64,000 nt of DNA from Zootoca vivipara (GCF_963506605.1 NC_083276.1:82336001-82400000); one strand, 5' to 3'. Positions 50,336 through 63,759 are shown, counted from the stretch's first letter. The notes: generated by a model not told the origin, from the sequence alone. Translations and numbers: made by a program.

Positions 50336-53300
50336 AATATTATATCCACAGACTGTCAAATTAATTAGATTGCACCCTAGATTTTATTCAAGTACTGTAG
50401 CCTTGTTATGTAAAGTACTTAAGCATGTTCTTCATTTCAACATATCTGTAATCCAACAGAACTGTCGAGGTGCTTTGCCATATTTTTGAACATTTTAGAG
50501 AACATATGGATCCCCATTGTATTTGGAGTTGAGAGTCAAGTGTTCACCCTGATACAATGAGCATTGAGCTAGTAGAAAACACTCCCAAAAAGAGGGCCTC
50601 AAAATTTGCAGGAAAGTAGCAATGCAAAAATGGTGGTAGAGCTGAATGCATGTGTTCCCAAATTAGCCTAAAATGGGTGGGAAACCTGGGGTCCTCCAGA
50701 TTCCTTTGGACTCTGATTTCCTTCATCCACACACAGCATAAATCCTTCTGGACCATAAGGGGAAGGAAGAAAAAACATTGTTCTGTGTGGTTCAGCTACT
50801 TCCTGAAATACAAGGTGGTGCTGGGTACTGTCTCCCTAAAATGTGACCTTTGACAGGTAGGCACTGAATGGTTGTATCCTGTCGCCCATGCTTTTGACAT
50901 CCACCTGAAGACGTCACCTGTAGTTTGGCGGTGGAATGTCATCACAATGCTGATGACACCCAGCTCTTACTTATTGCTTCCACAATTCAATCCTGGGGAG
51001 GCACTGCAAATTCTAAACTTTTTATACTTTTGGAATAAAATCAATTGAAATGTAATCAAGGTAGGACAGAAGCAATCTTGGTTGGCCATTTTAATGATCT
51101 TGGAGGAAGTACACAGACTTTTCTCAACTGGGTATGCAGAAGTGCTCTTATATTCAGAAAGATAGATTATACATTTCTGAAAGAATCTGAAGAACTAGGG
51201 TGGTTGGTTTCATACCTCACGTGGTAGTACAAGCATTTATCTGCAGGGCTAGAGGGATATGGACGGAGTTTATACTACTGTATGTGAAGAAACAGCTGAG
51301 CTCAGTTTATCCTTGCCTTGGAAATGTGGTCTGTGTTGCTTGCAAGCTCAATCAATAAAGATTTGTCAGTTAATGGTCTACTTGTTAGCTGGTCCAATAA
51401 AATGGAAATGACAACTTCTGAGTCTCTGGATCTTTCTTATTCCTTGGAGATTAAGTTCCCTGAGAAAAAAAATGTATGCTCCAATTAGTATAAAAGTGTT
51501 TGTTCCCATATGAATACTTGCAAAAGGAATTTAAGACATAGTGGCAGAAAGGTATAGTTCTTTTGCTAACCTCAGCAGATGGGGTAGACCTGACCCTGAA
51601 TGAATTCAGTCACACACTCTTTGCTTTCTAGGACGATAACTTTATTGAGGACTTAAATGTAGATTGTTGCTGAATCAGTGAGTCACAGAAAGAAAACACT
51701 TCTGAAGGTTGGTGGTGGGGCACTTCCACTGTCAAGTGACTTTCTTCGTAGTCATACAGGTAGGTAGTTTCTGATCCCATCAAGTTACAGGTGTTCTCTT
51801 ATTATAGCCCTTTTACAGTGCTTCTGACTGGGGATATGAATGGTGGCTTTGTGTGTATGTGTGTGTCTATACTTTCTCTGTGTGTGGCACACACACGCAT
51901 ATATATGAAAGAGAGAGAATGGGTTGTGTATTTTTAGGGATGGGTGAGTACTGCTTGATGTGTGAATGGGGTATTTGAGTAGTTAGAATGTGAGGTGTGG
52001 GGGGAGGGGGAGGAGAGTGAATAGTGTATATATGGGAAATGGGAGCCCTACAGTGAAGGTATCAGATGGAATCATCCTCCAAAGAATTCTTAATACTCTT
52101 CCATGTCACCCCAATCTCCAAGTGGTGAGAGATTTTAGGGGTTCCAGCACTTTTTCAGGGTATGTTTTCTTGGAATGAAGCTGAGCGAAGACTGTGGTGC
52201 ATTTAAGATATCTAGTTTCATTTAGACACACACAGTATATATGCAACCTGTGCATAAGATGGAGTGGCTCACATAATAAACTCCCCAACAGATCTTGTTT
52301 CTCTATTAGTCCCAGCTTTGGATATAGCACAGTTCAAGCATGTCTCTGTTTCTCCAGCTTCCAGCCTGCTTCCAGCTCAGTTCACACCCATCCACCAGGC
52401 TATTGTTTTCCCTTCTAGTAGCTAGACGAGTGCAAGCGGATGAAAGGCCTACTTATTAGTCTGGAAGGCACCACCACCTATTGGAAGCCTAGCTCATTCT
52501 TTTTGGATGCCAAAGAGAACATTTTAGGGGTCAGCTAAAGTTATTGCAATGCAAGGAAACTTCTCTGACTAGTTCAGCTATCTCCTCTGTTAGATTCCAA
52601 CCCTCACTGGGAACAGGACCCCAATAACTGGAAGGGTCTAAGGGCCTTATCCAGACAGGACCTCCAAAATCCACAACGTCACTGATAACTGCAGTCCCTC
52701 AGCAATTGACACATACAGACTCATTATCTTATTCAGACCTGCCCCCTATCTCTCTATTTCACATTAGGGACGCAGGTAAAGGCCAATCACAAAACCATCA
52801 TCCCCCATAGTAACCATTGTTCATCCATGACTGATGGACGTGTTGCCCATCATTCATGGATCTACAACTACTTTCCTCAGGGCCATATCATTCAGAGAGT
52901 TAGGGAAATGAATCATCTTATGGTGAAGTACCACAGCACTCACATAAAAAAATGTGTAACTATTTACATATAATTTGCTGAGGGTTTTTCTTTAAAAAAA
53001 AAACACCGATCCTGAGACTCTCCATTTCTAATCACTGAATGAACAGGGAATTTGGGGATTTCTGGATCTGTGCCCGTGTACAGTGGAGCTGCCATTTTTC
53101 AAACAGTGAAAATAAAGACAGAAAAGGCTTATTTTATTTTTTATTTGCAGATTGAGAAGAAAAGAAAAATCATGCTCTATAACCTAAGGCACACAAGGAG
53201 TCTGTACATATTGACAACCCAAGAAATGCCCATTACTTAGTACAGCCAGACTTTTTTGGTTATGACTACTGAAGGTATATCAGCACTCTCCCCAGCTGAA

Positions 53301-53382
53301 TCCATTCTCTCCTCCAACTGAAATCACATGAAGATCCATGTTCATTCAAAATAAAAATAGCAGGAATAAATCAGCTACAAAA

Positions 53383-54327
53383 ATGTCTACTGAAAATACC
53401 AGTGTTGTATCAGAATTTATCTTTGTGGGATTTGCAGATGTACCAGAACTGAAGATTCCCATCTTCACATTGTTGCTGCTAATCTATGTTATCACTGTGG
53501 TGGGCAACCTAGGGATGATTTTGCTGATCAGAATGGACTCTCAGCTTCACACCCCCATGTACTTTTTCCTCAGTAATCTGGCTTTCTTAGATTTTTGCTA
53601 TTCCTCCAACATCACACCCAAAGCCTTAAGAACTTTGCTATCAGAGAGGAGAACTATTTCTTTCCTGGGTTGCCTCATCCAAGTGTATTTCTTTGTTGCT
53701 CTGGTAAGTACCGAATGCATTCTTTTTGGGCTGATGGCTTATGACCGCTACGTGGCCATCTGCAACCCTTTGTTGTACATATCAATCATGTCACACACCC
53801 GATGCGTCAAGATGGCTGGCGGAGCCTTCACAGCCGGCTTCTTGAACTCAATCATTCATACCACTTTGGTAGGTACTTTGTCTTTTTGCCAGTCTAATGA
53901 AATCAACCATTTCTTCTGTGAGATCCCCCCACTACTCAAGCTCTCATGTTCTGATACATCCATAGCTGAAGCACTAGTCTTCATTTGTGCTGGAATCAAT
54001 ATATTGGGCTCTCTTCTGATAATATTGAGCTCCTACATGTACATCCTTTTCACGGTGCTCCGGATGAAGTCAGCCAAGGGCCGCAAGAAAGCCTTTTCCA
54101 CCTGCACCTCCCACCTGATTGTTGTGATTATATTCTATGGAACTGGCCTATTTATATATTTACAGCCTAGTTCCAACTATTCAGAGGATCAGAATAAAAC
54201 GGTCTCTCTATTTTATTCCTTTGTCATCCCAATGCTTAACCCCTTAATCTACAGTCTGAGGAACAAGGAGGTGAAGGAGGCAATGAAGAGAGTAACAGGT
54301 AAAACCGCATCTTCTCACTTACTATAG
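53383..54327 (+). CDS. Olfactory receptor, class II (OR-I), triplet copy 3
   Basis: All OR motifs present; an upstream in-frame ATG lies at 53338. Confidence 0.96.
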   Translation: MSTENTSVVSEFIFVGFADVPELKIPIFTLLLLIYVITVVGNLGMILLIRMDSQLHTPMYFFLSNLAFLDFCYSSNITPKALRTLLSERRTISFLGCLIQVYFFVALVSTECILFGLMAYDRYVAICNPLLYISIMSHTRCVKMAGGAFTAGFLNSIIHTTLVGTLSFCQSNEINHFFCEIPPLLKLSCSDTSIAEALVFICAGINILGSLLIILSSYMYILFTVLRMKSAKGRKKAFSTCTSHLIVVIIFYGTGLFIYLQPSSNYSEDQNKTVSLFYSFVIPMLNPLIYSLRNKEVKEAMKRVTGKTASSHLL

Positions 54328-54370
54328 CTTGCTGCTTTAAAAGGTTTTCAAGCCATATGGATTACCTTTT

Positions 54371-55377
54371 TTGTATATAATTTTTATTATATTTTCTGTT
54401 TTACAATTTAAAATACTCATTTTTACATCTTTAAAATATCAATGACTTTCCTTCTTCTCTTTCCCTGATTCAATACATATCATAAATCCCTGCGTATTTT
54501 AAAAAATACTATACCATTCAGTATTCCATTATTGCTTCCATCACAACTATTTACACTGTTGAATTTATCTTAATGCTGCCAACATTTTCAGCTGTACACA
54601 ATTATTTCCCATATATTCAATAAACTTTTTCCAATATTCTCTAAACATGTGTTCTTCTTGTTCTCTTATTCTATTTTGGGGCTAACAAAACACGGGCAGC
54701 AGTAGTAGCATACATAAATAACCTTTTTTGACACCTGGGTATTTCAGTCTGAATTAACCCCAACCGAAAGGACTCTGGATTTTTTGGGGGGGGGGGGTAC
54801 TTTTAGACATTTTTCTCAATTCATTATGGATCATTTCCCAATACTCTTTTATCCTTTTACAAATCCACCACATATGAAAAAATGTTCCCTCCATCTCCTT
54901 GCATCTCCAGCACTTATCTGATTCAGTCTTATACATTTTAGCAACCCTACTTAGAGTTAGATACTATCTGTAAATCATTTTCAAGTAATTCTCCTTCACA
55001 AAATAACATGCTGTAAACTTCAAATCACTTTTTCCTAGTTTTTCCCAGAGGTTAAAATCTAGTTTTTGTCCTATATCTATTGCCCAGTGTGTCATAGAGG
55101 CTTTAACATGCCTGTCTTTTGTTTCCCAGTTTAATAACATATTATATAATTTGTACAAAAGTTTCTCTTTGTTTTGTAGAAGATCTTTTTCAGATTGTGA
55201 GCTTTGGTCCGAAAAACATTTTTTTTTCTATCTAATTTAAACATTTCATGTAACTGATGGTATTGTAACCAATCCGTAACATGGCTCCTTACATTTTCCA
55301 CTGATTTCAGTTTGGGTCTCACCCCACCCCACCCCACCCCCTGTAAAGTAAAGCAATTCCCTGTAAGTTACCCACCG
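54371..55377 (-). mobile_element. L1 LINE 3' fragment, degraded
   Basis: ORF2 C-terminal pieces (CWRCKE..HMWWIC); 16-bp TSD atatggattacctttt at 54355 and 55378. Confidence 0.85.
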
Positions 55378-55497
55378 ATATGGATTACCTTTTAGATATT
55401 TTCAAGTATTCAAGTGACATGGGGTACTTAAGTACTTAACTTCCATTTAAGTGAATCTGAAATCGTCTAGAAGTATTTGCTATGTCCTCAAGGCTAG

Positions 55498-55498
<1 letters not shown>

Positions 55499-55540
<42 letters not shown>
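55499..55540. repeat. (CA)n microsatellite
   Basis: Direct reading. Confidence 0.95.
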
Positions 55541-55541
<1 letters not shown>

Positions 55542-55699
55542 CATACTTGCTCTTTTGGGGGGAGTGCAACCCTACCAAGGTCAGGCATTCTTAGGCTGGG
55601 AACTACTCACCCACACCAACTCCATCTCCCAAGTGGCCAGCATTCATCTCACCACTGTATCCAGGCACCATTCCAGGGTTTGTCTGGCCTCTGCTTATT

Positions 55700-56100
55700 A
55701 AGAAGTTAAGGATAAATTGAGCCTGATGTCATCAGCATACTGATCTGACCTTGCCCCAAATCTCCTAATGATGGGTCCCAGTGTCATCATATAGATATCA
55801 AATAGCACTGGGTATACAACAGTGCCCCAGCAGCACTCCAAAGCACAATTGCCAGGGTGCTGAAAAGCACTTCCCCAATGCTCCTGGACTTGACCATGTA
55901 GGTAGAACAAGAACTGCTGGGACACAGTGCCTTCAATTCCCATCCCACAGAGCCAGCCCAAGGTGGAGGAATCCAAGGTCATAGAGAGACAGAGATGCAG
56001 GAGAAAGCTTGAACTTCCCATGTCCCACTCTTGGTAAAGGTCATCCATCAGAGCAACCAAGACTGGCTCCATCTCATGGCCAGGTCTGGACCCAGATTAG
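55700..56100 (-). mobile_element. Old L2/CR1-group RT fragment
   Basis: Degenerate RT motifs ending QYADDIRL. Confidence 0.6.
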
Positions 56101-56112
56101 AATGATCTAGAT

Positions 56113-56487
56113 CAGGGGTCCCCAAACTTACGTCGCCGAGGGCCGGTGCCCCCAGCGCTGATTGCGCTGCGGGCCAGAGTGTGCGGGAGCATGCACCCAT
56201 ACGTGCACACACACACGATTTCCGGTGCACTTCCAGGTCGCTGGAACACCGGAAATAGCTTGTGTGCATGTGCATGGGCCTCCTCCAGCATGGGAGTGCA
56301 CCAGAAATGATGCTTGCGCATGCACACAAGCTATTTCTGACACTCCGGCAACCCAGAAGTGGGCAGCCGCGCCGCACCACGCCATTAAGAGCGGGCGGTG
56401 GCAGCGGGTGGTGGGGGTCACCCGGGGCCGCATAAAAGAGCCTCACGGGCTGTATCCGGCCCCCGGGCCTTAGTTTGTGGAAGCCTG
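56113..56487. mobile_element. hAT (Charlie-like) MITE
   Basis: CAGGGGTCCCCAAACT ... AGTTTGTGGAAGCCTG; perfect TSD atctagat. Confidence 0.85.
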
Positions 56488-57319
56488 ATCTAGATAATGC
56501 AAGACATTCAAAATGTCTGCAGTTCCTCTCTTGACCACTTGCCCAAGGAAGGGGGTAGGTTGCCTTCTGTCCCTTTCTTGCTGTCTTCCAGGACCACAAA
56601 GGGCTTGAAGAAGCAGGCACAGCAGCAACTTCTGTGTAGGAGAAGTCGCAGGTTACTTGTGTGTGCGTCATCAGATGACGGGAACATAAGTTTGGGAGAG
56701 GCATGGTTGTGCTGTTGCTCCAATAGTCCAGCTTGGAGCACAAATCTGAGGAGAGGATGGAAGCTACTTAGGCACCAGAAGCGGGTGTGTTTAGTGCACC
56801 TTAGGAGCTACCATGTGTGCTTTGTCAATAAAGAATTAAACTACCATCCATTTGTCATCTTTGGGCTGGGTGTGCTCAGGACACCTGCCACATGGGAGGC
56901 ATGCTTCTGTGTACTAACCAGTGTTGGGTTGACTTCAAAATAAGAATTGCACCATTTGTGCTCTAGTCTTCATCTGGCTTGTTTCATAGCCTGCAGCTCA
57001 CCAGAATACCCCGGAGTCACTTGGGTTCCACAATGCTGGAGTGGACATTTAGCAGTGACTCTATCAACCACCCGTCTCATCTTGACATTCCACAGCGAGA
57101 CCATGATCAACAGCTTTCTCCACTGGAAAGCCTGACAGAGCATTCAGGAATCCAACAGGTTCCATCAGTCTCTGGGGGTGAGCTACCCAATGAGTTCCAC
57201 CACCCTTGCAGTGAGGAACATCTGCCACCACTCCAATCTAGGCCAGAAGCAAACTTCACTTGGGGAATGCTGGACAGTTGGGCCAAGATGCCTGCGTCAC
57301 ATTCACATATCTGAGTCCA

Positions 57320-57715
57320 CATTTATTTATTTATTACCCACCCTTCACCCTAAGCTTCCAGGGTGGGTTACCACATTAAAGCACAACATCATTTTAAAAA
57401 AATTAGAATCATAAATATAAGGTGGGTCCTGAAAACATACACCTCAAGTTTCAAAGGCCAGGGTAAAGAAGTACGACATCAGCATTCTCCAGAAGTTGTA
57501 AAATGAAGGTGCCAGACACACCTCTGTGTGTCTCCCTCTGTGAGGAGGGAGTTCCACAAATTAAGAGGCTGCCACAGAGAATGCCACCACCGCCTGAGCT
57601 TCTGAGAGCAGAGGAACTACCAAGAGGGCTTCCTCTGCTGATCTCAGCACCTGAGAGGGTCTTTAGGGAAGGAGACGGTCTTTCAGGTATTTGGCACCTG
57701 AGCCATTTAGGGCCG
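57320..57715 (-). mobile_element. Old L2-type 3' fragment
   Basis: (ATTT)n tail and degenerate L2-like 3' sequence. Confidence 0.45.
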
Positions 57716-58923
57716 TTTTCCTGTAGTGGAAACAAGGGAGAGCATTTCAAAAGCTTTTCTGAGCACTGGTTAATATGAGCACTGGTGTTTCCATCCTAAA
57801 ATCTTAGGACACCAACCTTCATTGATTCATATTTTACCCCTGCAGTATCGTGATATACCTGTAACTCTTTGGTTTGGACATGCAACAGTTCCTTTCCCCC
57901 TGGACCCTTCCCCAGCTTCCATCAAGTTCTCCAGGGACTTGGTCTCAACAGCATGATGATTAACGCAAACCTTCAAAAGCAACAGTTCCTGCAATGAGAC
58001 AATGAATAACCCATTACGTGCTTCACAGGTAAGTTGCCACAAATGAGAACCATTTAAGGAGAATTTGACCTGAATATGGTAATTTTTGCTATCTTAGGAG
58101 CTGCAAATTGCTGTCTTCCTTGATACAGACACTATTCTGCATAAAAGCTTCACAAAGGCACCTTACTGTATTTTCTTATACATGGTTTTCTGAGCTCAAA
58201 TTGCGTTAATTCATCAAATTATTGCTTTCCTTAAAAATTGTCAGGAAAGCACAACCTCCAAAAGTAAGAAAACTTGTTTTATTATAATCTGCATAGGATG
58301 AAAAGAAACTATACAATATTATAAGTGATCTGCTCTTTCCAATAATGTTATGAAGGCACTTAGGTGTTCTGTTTGTACTGCTTTTGCATTTTACTGCTTT
58401 TGCATATACTAGTTCGGGTATTTTTTAAAAAATAAGCCAGTGGTTATTCCATAAATAGACATCTATTGGCAGCAAGTTGTTCTGAGCAGTCAGTAAACAC
58501 ACACAGGGACAACTTATTTCTAAGCATGTTGACTATTATGCAGTGATATTTTTGGTTTAATTTCAGTTAGGGTTCATGAGGTTGAAACCCTGTAAAGTAT
58601 TTTAATGCCAAGGCTCAACTCTGAGAATAAAGAAGATACGGTAGCTCTGAGCACATGCAAAGTGTCATTTATCATCAAAGAGAGAAGGCAAATTTAGGTG
58701 TGGCCCCCAGATCAGCACGTGAGGTTTCTAATTACACTTGAGCCATAGCATTTACAAATTAACCATTAAGGGTACTTTTACACACCCTAGCCATAGTTTA
58801 CACCACAATCAGAGTTCTGTAGATCTCCTTTGTGAAATGCGCAATAAAGCTGTGGCCCCAGTTACTAAACTAATAGTGGCTCCCCCTTTGCACTTGCACA
58901 GCATTAACCTCCTCCTTGCCTCC

Positions 58924-59245
58924 CAGGGGTCAGCAAACATTTTCAGCAGGGGGCCGCTCCACTGTCCCTCAGACCTTGTAGGGGGCCGGTCTATATTTTG
59001 GAAAAAAGATATGAACGAATTCCCATGCCCCACAAATAATCCAGAGATGCATTTTAAATAAAAGGACACATTCTACTTATGTAAAAACACCAGGCAGGCC
59101 CCACAAATAACCCAGAGATGCATTTTAAATAAAAGGACACATTCTACTCATGTAAAAACATGCTGATTCCCGGACCGTCCGCGAGCCGGATTTAGAAGGC
59201 AATTGAGCCGCATCCGGCCCCCGGGCCTTAGTTTGGGTACCCCTG
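58924..59245. mobile_element. hAT-type MITE with ~70-bp internal tandem duplication
   Basis: CAGGGGTCAGCAAAC ... GTTTGGGTACCCCTG; right end shared with the 56113 element; TSD not evident. Confidence 0.7.
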
Positions 59246-59728
59246 CCAGACTCCTAGTAAGCAGCAGCTCTGCTGATAGGAGGCCAGGAGCATGGGCACT
59301 GCGCCTCCTCACCAGACACTATTGGTTAGGCAGCCTCAGGAGCCATCATGTGAGCCATATCTGGCTGAGAAGCAGATAGCCCTTCAAAGAGAGAACATCT
59401 TTCAAAAACAAGACTGTTCTCTGCAAAGAGCCCTCCCCACACTGCTCCTTTAAGCAACTGCAACCACATCCAAAACGTTCTCACAAGCGTAATATTTATT
59501 TGTTTGTTGTTTTTGTTTGTTTATTTAATTTTGCCATATATCACACACTTCCCTATAAAAGATACAAGGCAGCTTTCGATAATATTTCCTCTCCTTCTTC
59601 TAGTTTCAAGAGAGAGGCAGAGGAAACCACTGTCTAAAACCATTTCATTTTCATTGTCCCCACAGCTCATTCTTCTTCTTGATTCACCTACCATAGATCT
59701 AGATGCAATGAAACAAAAATGGGAGGAA

Positions 59729-60667
59729 ATGGCCAGGGGGAATTTCACTGCAGTGACTGAGTTCATTCTCCTTGGTTTCACAGATCGTCAGGGGATCAAG
59801 GCCATCCTCTTTGTGCTCTTCCTGGCCATCTATCTGGTCACCTTGGTGGGGAACTTTGGCATCATCACATTAATCTGGATCAGTCCCTCTCTGCACAGTC
59901 CCATGTACTTTTTCCTGAACAACCTGGCTTTTCTGGACCTCAGTTATTCCTCTGCCATTACTCCCAAGATGCTGGCCAACTTCGTAGCAGAGAGGAAGAG
60001 CATTTCATTTGCAGGATGCATTGTGCAAATGTATCTTTTTGCTGCCTTTGCCGATGCAGAATGCCTCCTGTTGGCTGCCATGGCGTACGACCGCTACATG
60101 GCCATTTGTAACCCGCTGCTTTATCCAGTTCTCATGTCACGCAAGGTTTGTGTCTGGCTGGTAGCTGGCTCCTATCTCGCAGGCAGCATGACCTCACTGG
60201 TGCACACTTGTCTTACCTTCCGACTCTCCTTCTGCAGTTCCAACGTCATCAACCATTTCTTCTGCGACATCCCTCCTCTGTTGGCCCTTTCCTGCTCCAA
60301 CACCCACTTCAATGAAATCCTACTCTTTGCCCTGTGTGGATCCATCCAAATGAGCACTTTTGTGCTCATCATCATCTCTTATGCCTCCATCCTTTGCACC
60401 ATCTTGAGGATCCCCTCAACCAATAGCCGCCACAAAGCCTTTTCCACATGCACCTCCCATTTGACAGCTGTTGCCCTTTTCTATGGCACCCTCTTATTCA
60501 TGTATCTACACCCTAGTTCCAGCTATGCCATGGACACAGACAAAATAATCTCAGTGTTTTACACGGTGGTGTTTCCCATGGTGAACCCCTTGATCTACTG
60601 CCTGAGGAACAAAGAGGTGAAGGACGCCTTGAAGAGAACGTTGGAGAGACATGCGTGCTGCTGTTAG
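59729..60667 (+). CDS. Olfactory receptor, class II (OR-J), intact
   Basis: MARGNFT start (alternative ATG at 59708), [38 protein letters not shown]; acceptor-like ccccacag near 59665. Confidence 0.95.
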   Translation: MARGNFTAVTEFILLGFTDRQGIKAILFVLFLAIYLVTLVGNFGIITLIWISPSLHSPMYFFLNNLAFLDLSYSSAITPKMLANFVAERKSISFAGCIVQMYLFAAFADAECLLLAAMAYDRYMAICNPLLYPVLMSRKVCVWLVAGSYLAGSMTSLVHTCLTFRLSFCSSNVINHFFCDIPPLLALSCSNTHFNEILLFALCGSIQMSTFVLIIISYASILCTILRIPSTNSRHKAFSTCTSHLTAVALFYGTLLFMYLHPSSSYAMDTDKIISVFYTVVFPMVNPLIYCLRNKEVKDALKRTLERHACCC

Positions 60668-60835
60668 TGATGAAATGCAGAGAAAAGGGGACACAAGCTC
60701 TTCTTAGTCCATTGTGTATAGATATACTTGTAAAGGGGTGGTCCAGAAGAATATATAAACCTGGTCAGAGCCACCTGAGTATGAAGAAGCCACACTTCTA
60801 CATGGTTTGGTTCTAATATACTATGTTATTTTGAT

Positions 60836-60993
60836 GTGGCTCAGTGGTAGAGTATCTGCATGCAGAAGATCCCAGGCTCCATCTCCAGGTGGGGCTGGGA
60901 GAGATCCCCATCTGAAATACTGGAGAGCAGCTGCCAGTCAGAGTAAAAAAATACTGCGCTAGATGGACCAATTGTCTGACTCAGGATATAAAG
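60836..60993 (+). mobile_element. tRNA-derived SINE, degenerate
   Basis: A-box-like tggctcagtggtaga head and LINE-like tail (agatggaccaattgtctgactcag). Confidence 0.6.
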
Positions 60994-61041
60994 TATCTTT
61001 CCATGATTCCTATTCTGAATGGGTGAATGTCATTTTCTCAG

Positions 61042-61731
61042 TGAAATTCACTCTCGACTCCGAGCGATTTCAAACGTCTCCTCTCCACAGACGCTGAAGA
61101 ATGTCGCCCTCTTCATGGCATCGTTGGTGACTTCTTTCGCTTGCAGGAGGAAGTCGAAACGGGCAGCGTACCCTTCCCAGTCTCCTGATGCTGGTTTGAA
61201 TGGCGAGAAGCTGCTGTCGGTTGCCATTCTGGGTTCCTTGGGTCCTGGAGCTGAAGCCTGGATGCACGGTGCGAGGCAGCGGTGCAGCAGGTGGCGGTGC
61301 TGCGGTGCAGTGCGTGGTGGCGGTCAGCTCAGCAGGATCCCACCTTCGTCGCCAGTGAAATATACTCGGAGTCCAGAGTGAATTTCATGCTCTTTATTCA
61401 GCTCATAGTCATCAAGGAGGAGAAGAGAAGACGAATGGCTCTTTTCCCAAAACCATCTGCTTATATACATTATTTACACAATGGGCCTTGCGTGATTGGC
61501 TACTTCAGGGCTACACCTGTGGGCCAATTATATTGTGGATTGACTTCTGCCTGCAGCCTGATTGGCTGCTCCTACAGGCCAATCAGGTAGCAGATTCACT
61601 TCTGCCAGCCGCCTGATTGGCTGCTCCAGCAGGCCAATCAGGTTGCGGATTCACTTCCACCTGGAGTTGGATTGGGTAGCTCCCGCTGATTCTGAATCCT
61701 ATTGTTCTAGGATTCAGCTCAGTACATAACA
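61042..61731 (-). mobile_element. Aberrant one-LTR Gypsy element (LTR + PBS + gag 5' end + inverted U5 piece)
   Basis: LTR 61731-61356 (TGTTA...TTTCA, CCAAT boxes, AATAAA); PBS TGGCGACGAAG at 61354-61344; gag-like ORF 61227-61048; TSD ctcag on both sides. Confidence 0.85.
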
Positions 61732-62046
61732 CTCAGTGATGTATTTGTTCATCTGACACTGCAGGGGGAGGGGTTCTGAACAGGGAGAAGGAAGCACCCC
61801 CAACCCTGAAACCACATTACATAAATGTGGAAACATTTTAAAACATATTCATTGATAATTGGTGTTTTCCTTTACCATTTCCCTGCACATAGGGAAAGAT
61901 TTACTTGACTCTTCCTCCCATCCTCCATTATTCATTTCATCTTCCTTCTTTCTTGTCTTTTTGGCATGAAATTTGATTTGTGTTTGTTAAAGGGCTGATG
62001 TAATGTGACAAAGAAGTGGAATCTGAGGGTCCCCTAATACAGAATA

Positions 62047-62288
62047 CAGTGGTACCTCTGGTTAAGAACTTAATTCGTTCCAGAGGTCCGTTCTTAACCT
62101 GAAACTGTTCTTAACCTGAGGTACCACTTTAGCTAATGGGCCCTCCCGCTGCTGCTGCGCCGCCGGCACGCGAGATATGTTCTCATCCTGAAGCAAAGTT
62201 CTTAACCCGAGGTACCACTTCCGGGTTAGTGGAGTCTATAACCTGAAGCGTTTGTAACCTGAAGCATTTGTAACCCGAGGTACCACTG
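62047..62288. mobile_element. Tc1/mariner-type MITE
   Basis: TA|CAGTGGTACCTC ... GAGGTACCACTG|TA. Confidence 0.87.
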
Positions 62289-62619
62289 TAGTACTGACTC
62301 AATAAAAAAGGAGTGTTTCTTCATTGCTTATTGGTGTCATCTTTCACTCTCTCTTCCCAATGAGTAAGTTGAAGCATGAGATAGAAATTGGCAGGAAACC
62401 AAGTGGCAGAAATGAGCCAATTCAACCAGTGAGCCTGAACATCAACAGCAAAAAACAAAAAAACCAAAACCAGCTTTGCTTCACTGGGAGAACAATCCTA
62501 TACATGTTTCCTCATGGGTCAGCCCTACAGTTTACAACGCAGCTTACACCCATGTGATGATAGGCAAATTTGCCGATTTCAGTTTCTCATTTCTCCACAC
62601 TTACAAATTGATGTAGAAG

Positions 62620-62709
62620 CATAGCTGCCAAGTTATCCCTTATTTTAAGGGATTTTCCCTTATGCTGAATAGGCTTCCTCGCAAGAAAAGGGAAAACTTG
62701 GCAGCTATG
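62620..62709. mobile_element. 90-bp hAT MITE, same as 17710
   Basis: Near-identical to 17710-17799; tgtagaag repeated on both sides, with 2 extra nt on the right. Confidence 0.85.
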
Positions 62710-63759
62710 ACTGTAGAAGGTTGTTGTTTTTTTAATGTGAATTAGTTTTTAAAGTGCTCATGGAAATTCATCAGCATTTTAGTGTGGATTTATTCGAATA
62801 TACACATAGTTGCAAAGTGATTTCCCTTAATATAATGCACATTTGTATGCTTTTCACCAATATATGCGTTTCATGCATACCTCACCACGCGCGTGCGCGT
62901 GCGCACACACGCACACACACACACAGTGAGAGAGAGAGAGATTACTTGCCTGGGGAACTGCATTGCAAAATTTGCAGAAGTGTAAATTCTGAAGGATGTC
63001 TGTATTTTGATCCTTGTGTTGTTTCAGAAAGTGCAGGTTAGTTAGATTCCCCTTTAAAGAAGATCCCCTTTAAAGGAGAACTGAATCAAATTTCTCCCCC
63101 TTCCCTACTCCTTGTGCACAGGAATACAACATGAAAGGGCCAATTCATGCTTTTAGTTGCAGAACAGATATGCTGGCAAACTCATACAATGTCAAGTAAA
63201 TGAAGATTAGTGATGACCAGGCTCAGTCACTGAAACACAAATGAAATGAATTGGACTTCTTGTCCTTTTTTGTGAGCTCTCACAACCACCCTTCAAATAA
63301 TTTATTATCTAAGGCTGGGTTATAATGGGGGTGTATGTGGTTTCCTCCCCTGGCAAAAATCCCACTCACCATTTGTGATTAGGGCCCCTTTTCTCCTGAG
63401 GCCATTACAGAGAGAAGTCCCAACAATTTAGGCAGGCCCCACTCATTGAGGAGGCAGTCCTTAGCTCCCTGCTCCCCATTCCAGAGGCAACACTATAACT
63501 GGTGGCTACTGCTACTGAAAATGGCTGCAGCTTTACTGTGGCTCTTTTCATCAAATTGCCCGTCTCCCACCAGTAACAGTGGCAATGCCACTCTGATCTG
63601 GCTATGTGACGATGTCACCAAAAGCAAAGCAAACTAATTCAGACCTTTACTTGCTCTCCATCAGTTGTGCTTGCCCTCAGTGGGCAGCAACATCACCATT
63701 GCTAGGATGGCAAAGGGCAATTTTAAAGGGGAACAAAAATAATGGCCAAGTAACACCTG

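Larger units (their letters stand above)
45300..54327 (+). repeat. Tandem ~4.0-kb duplication units carrying OR-G/H/I
   Basis: Spacer 46334-49345 is nearly identical to 50336-53337; a more diverged homologous block starts near 42160. Confidence 0.93.

Noticed and set aside
59504-59728. Long N-terminal extensions on OR ORFs (also 1712, 11734, 18323, 34567, 45341)
   Set aside because: These begin at non-ATG codons and several cross splice-acceptor-like sites; probable starts are the downstream ATGs before the N-glycosylation sequon.
60836-60900. Possible tRNA gene
   Set aside because: Only an A-box-like head with no cloverleaf; it continues into a SINE body.
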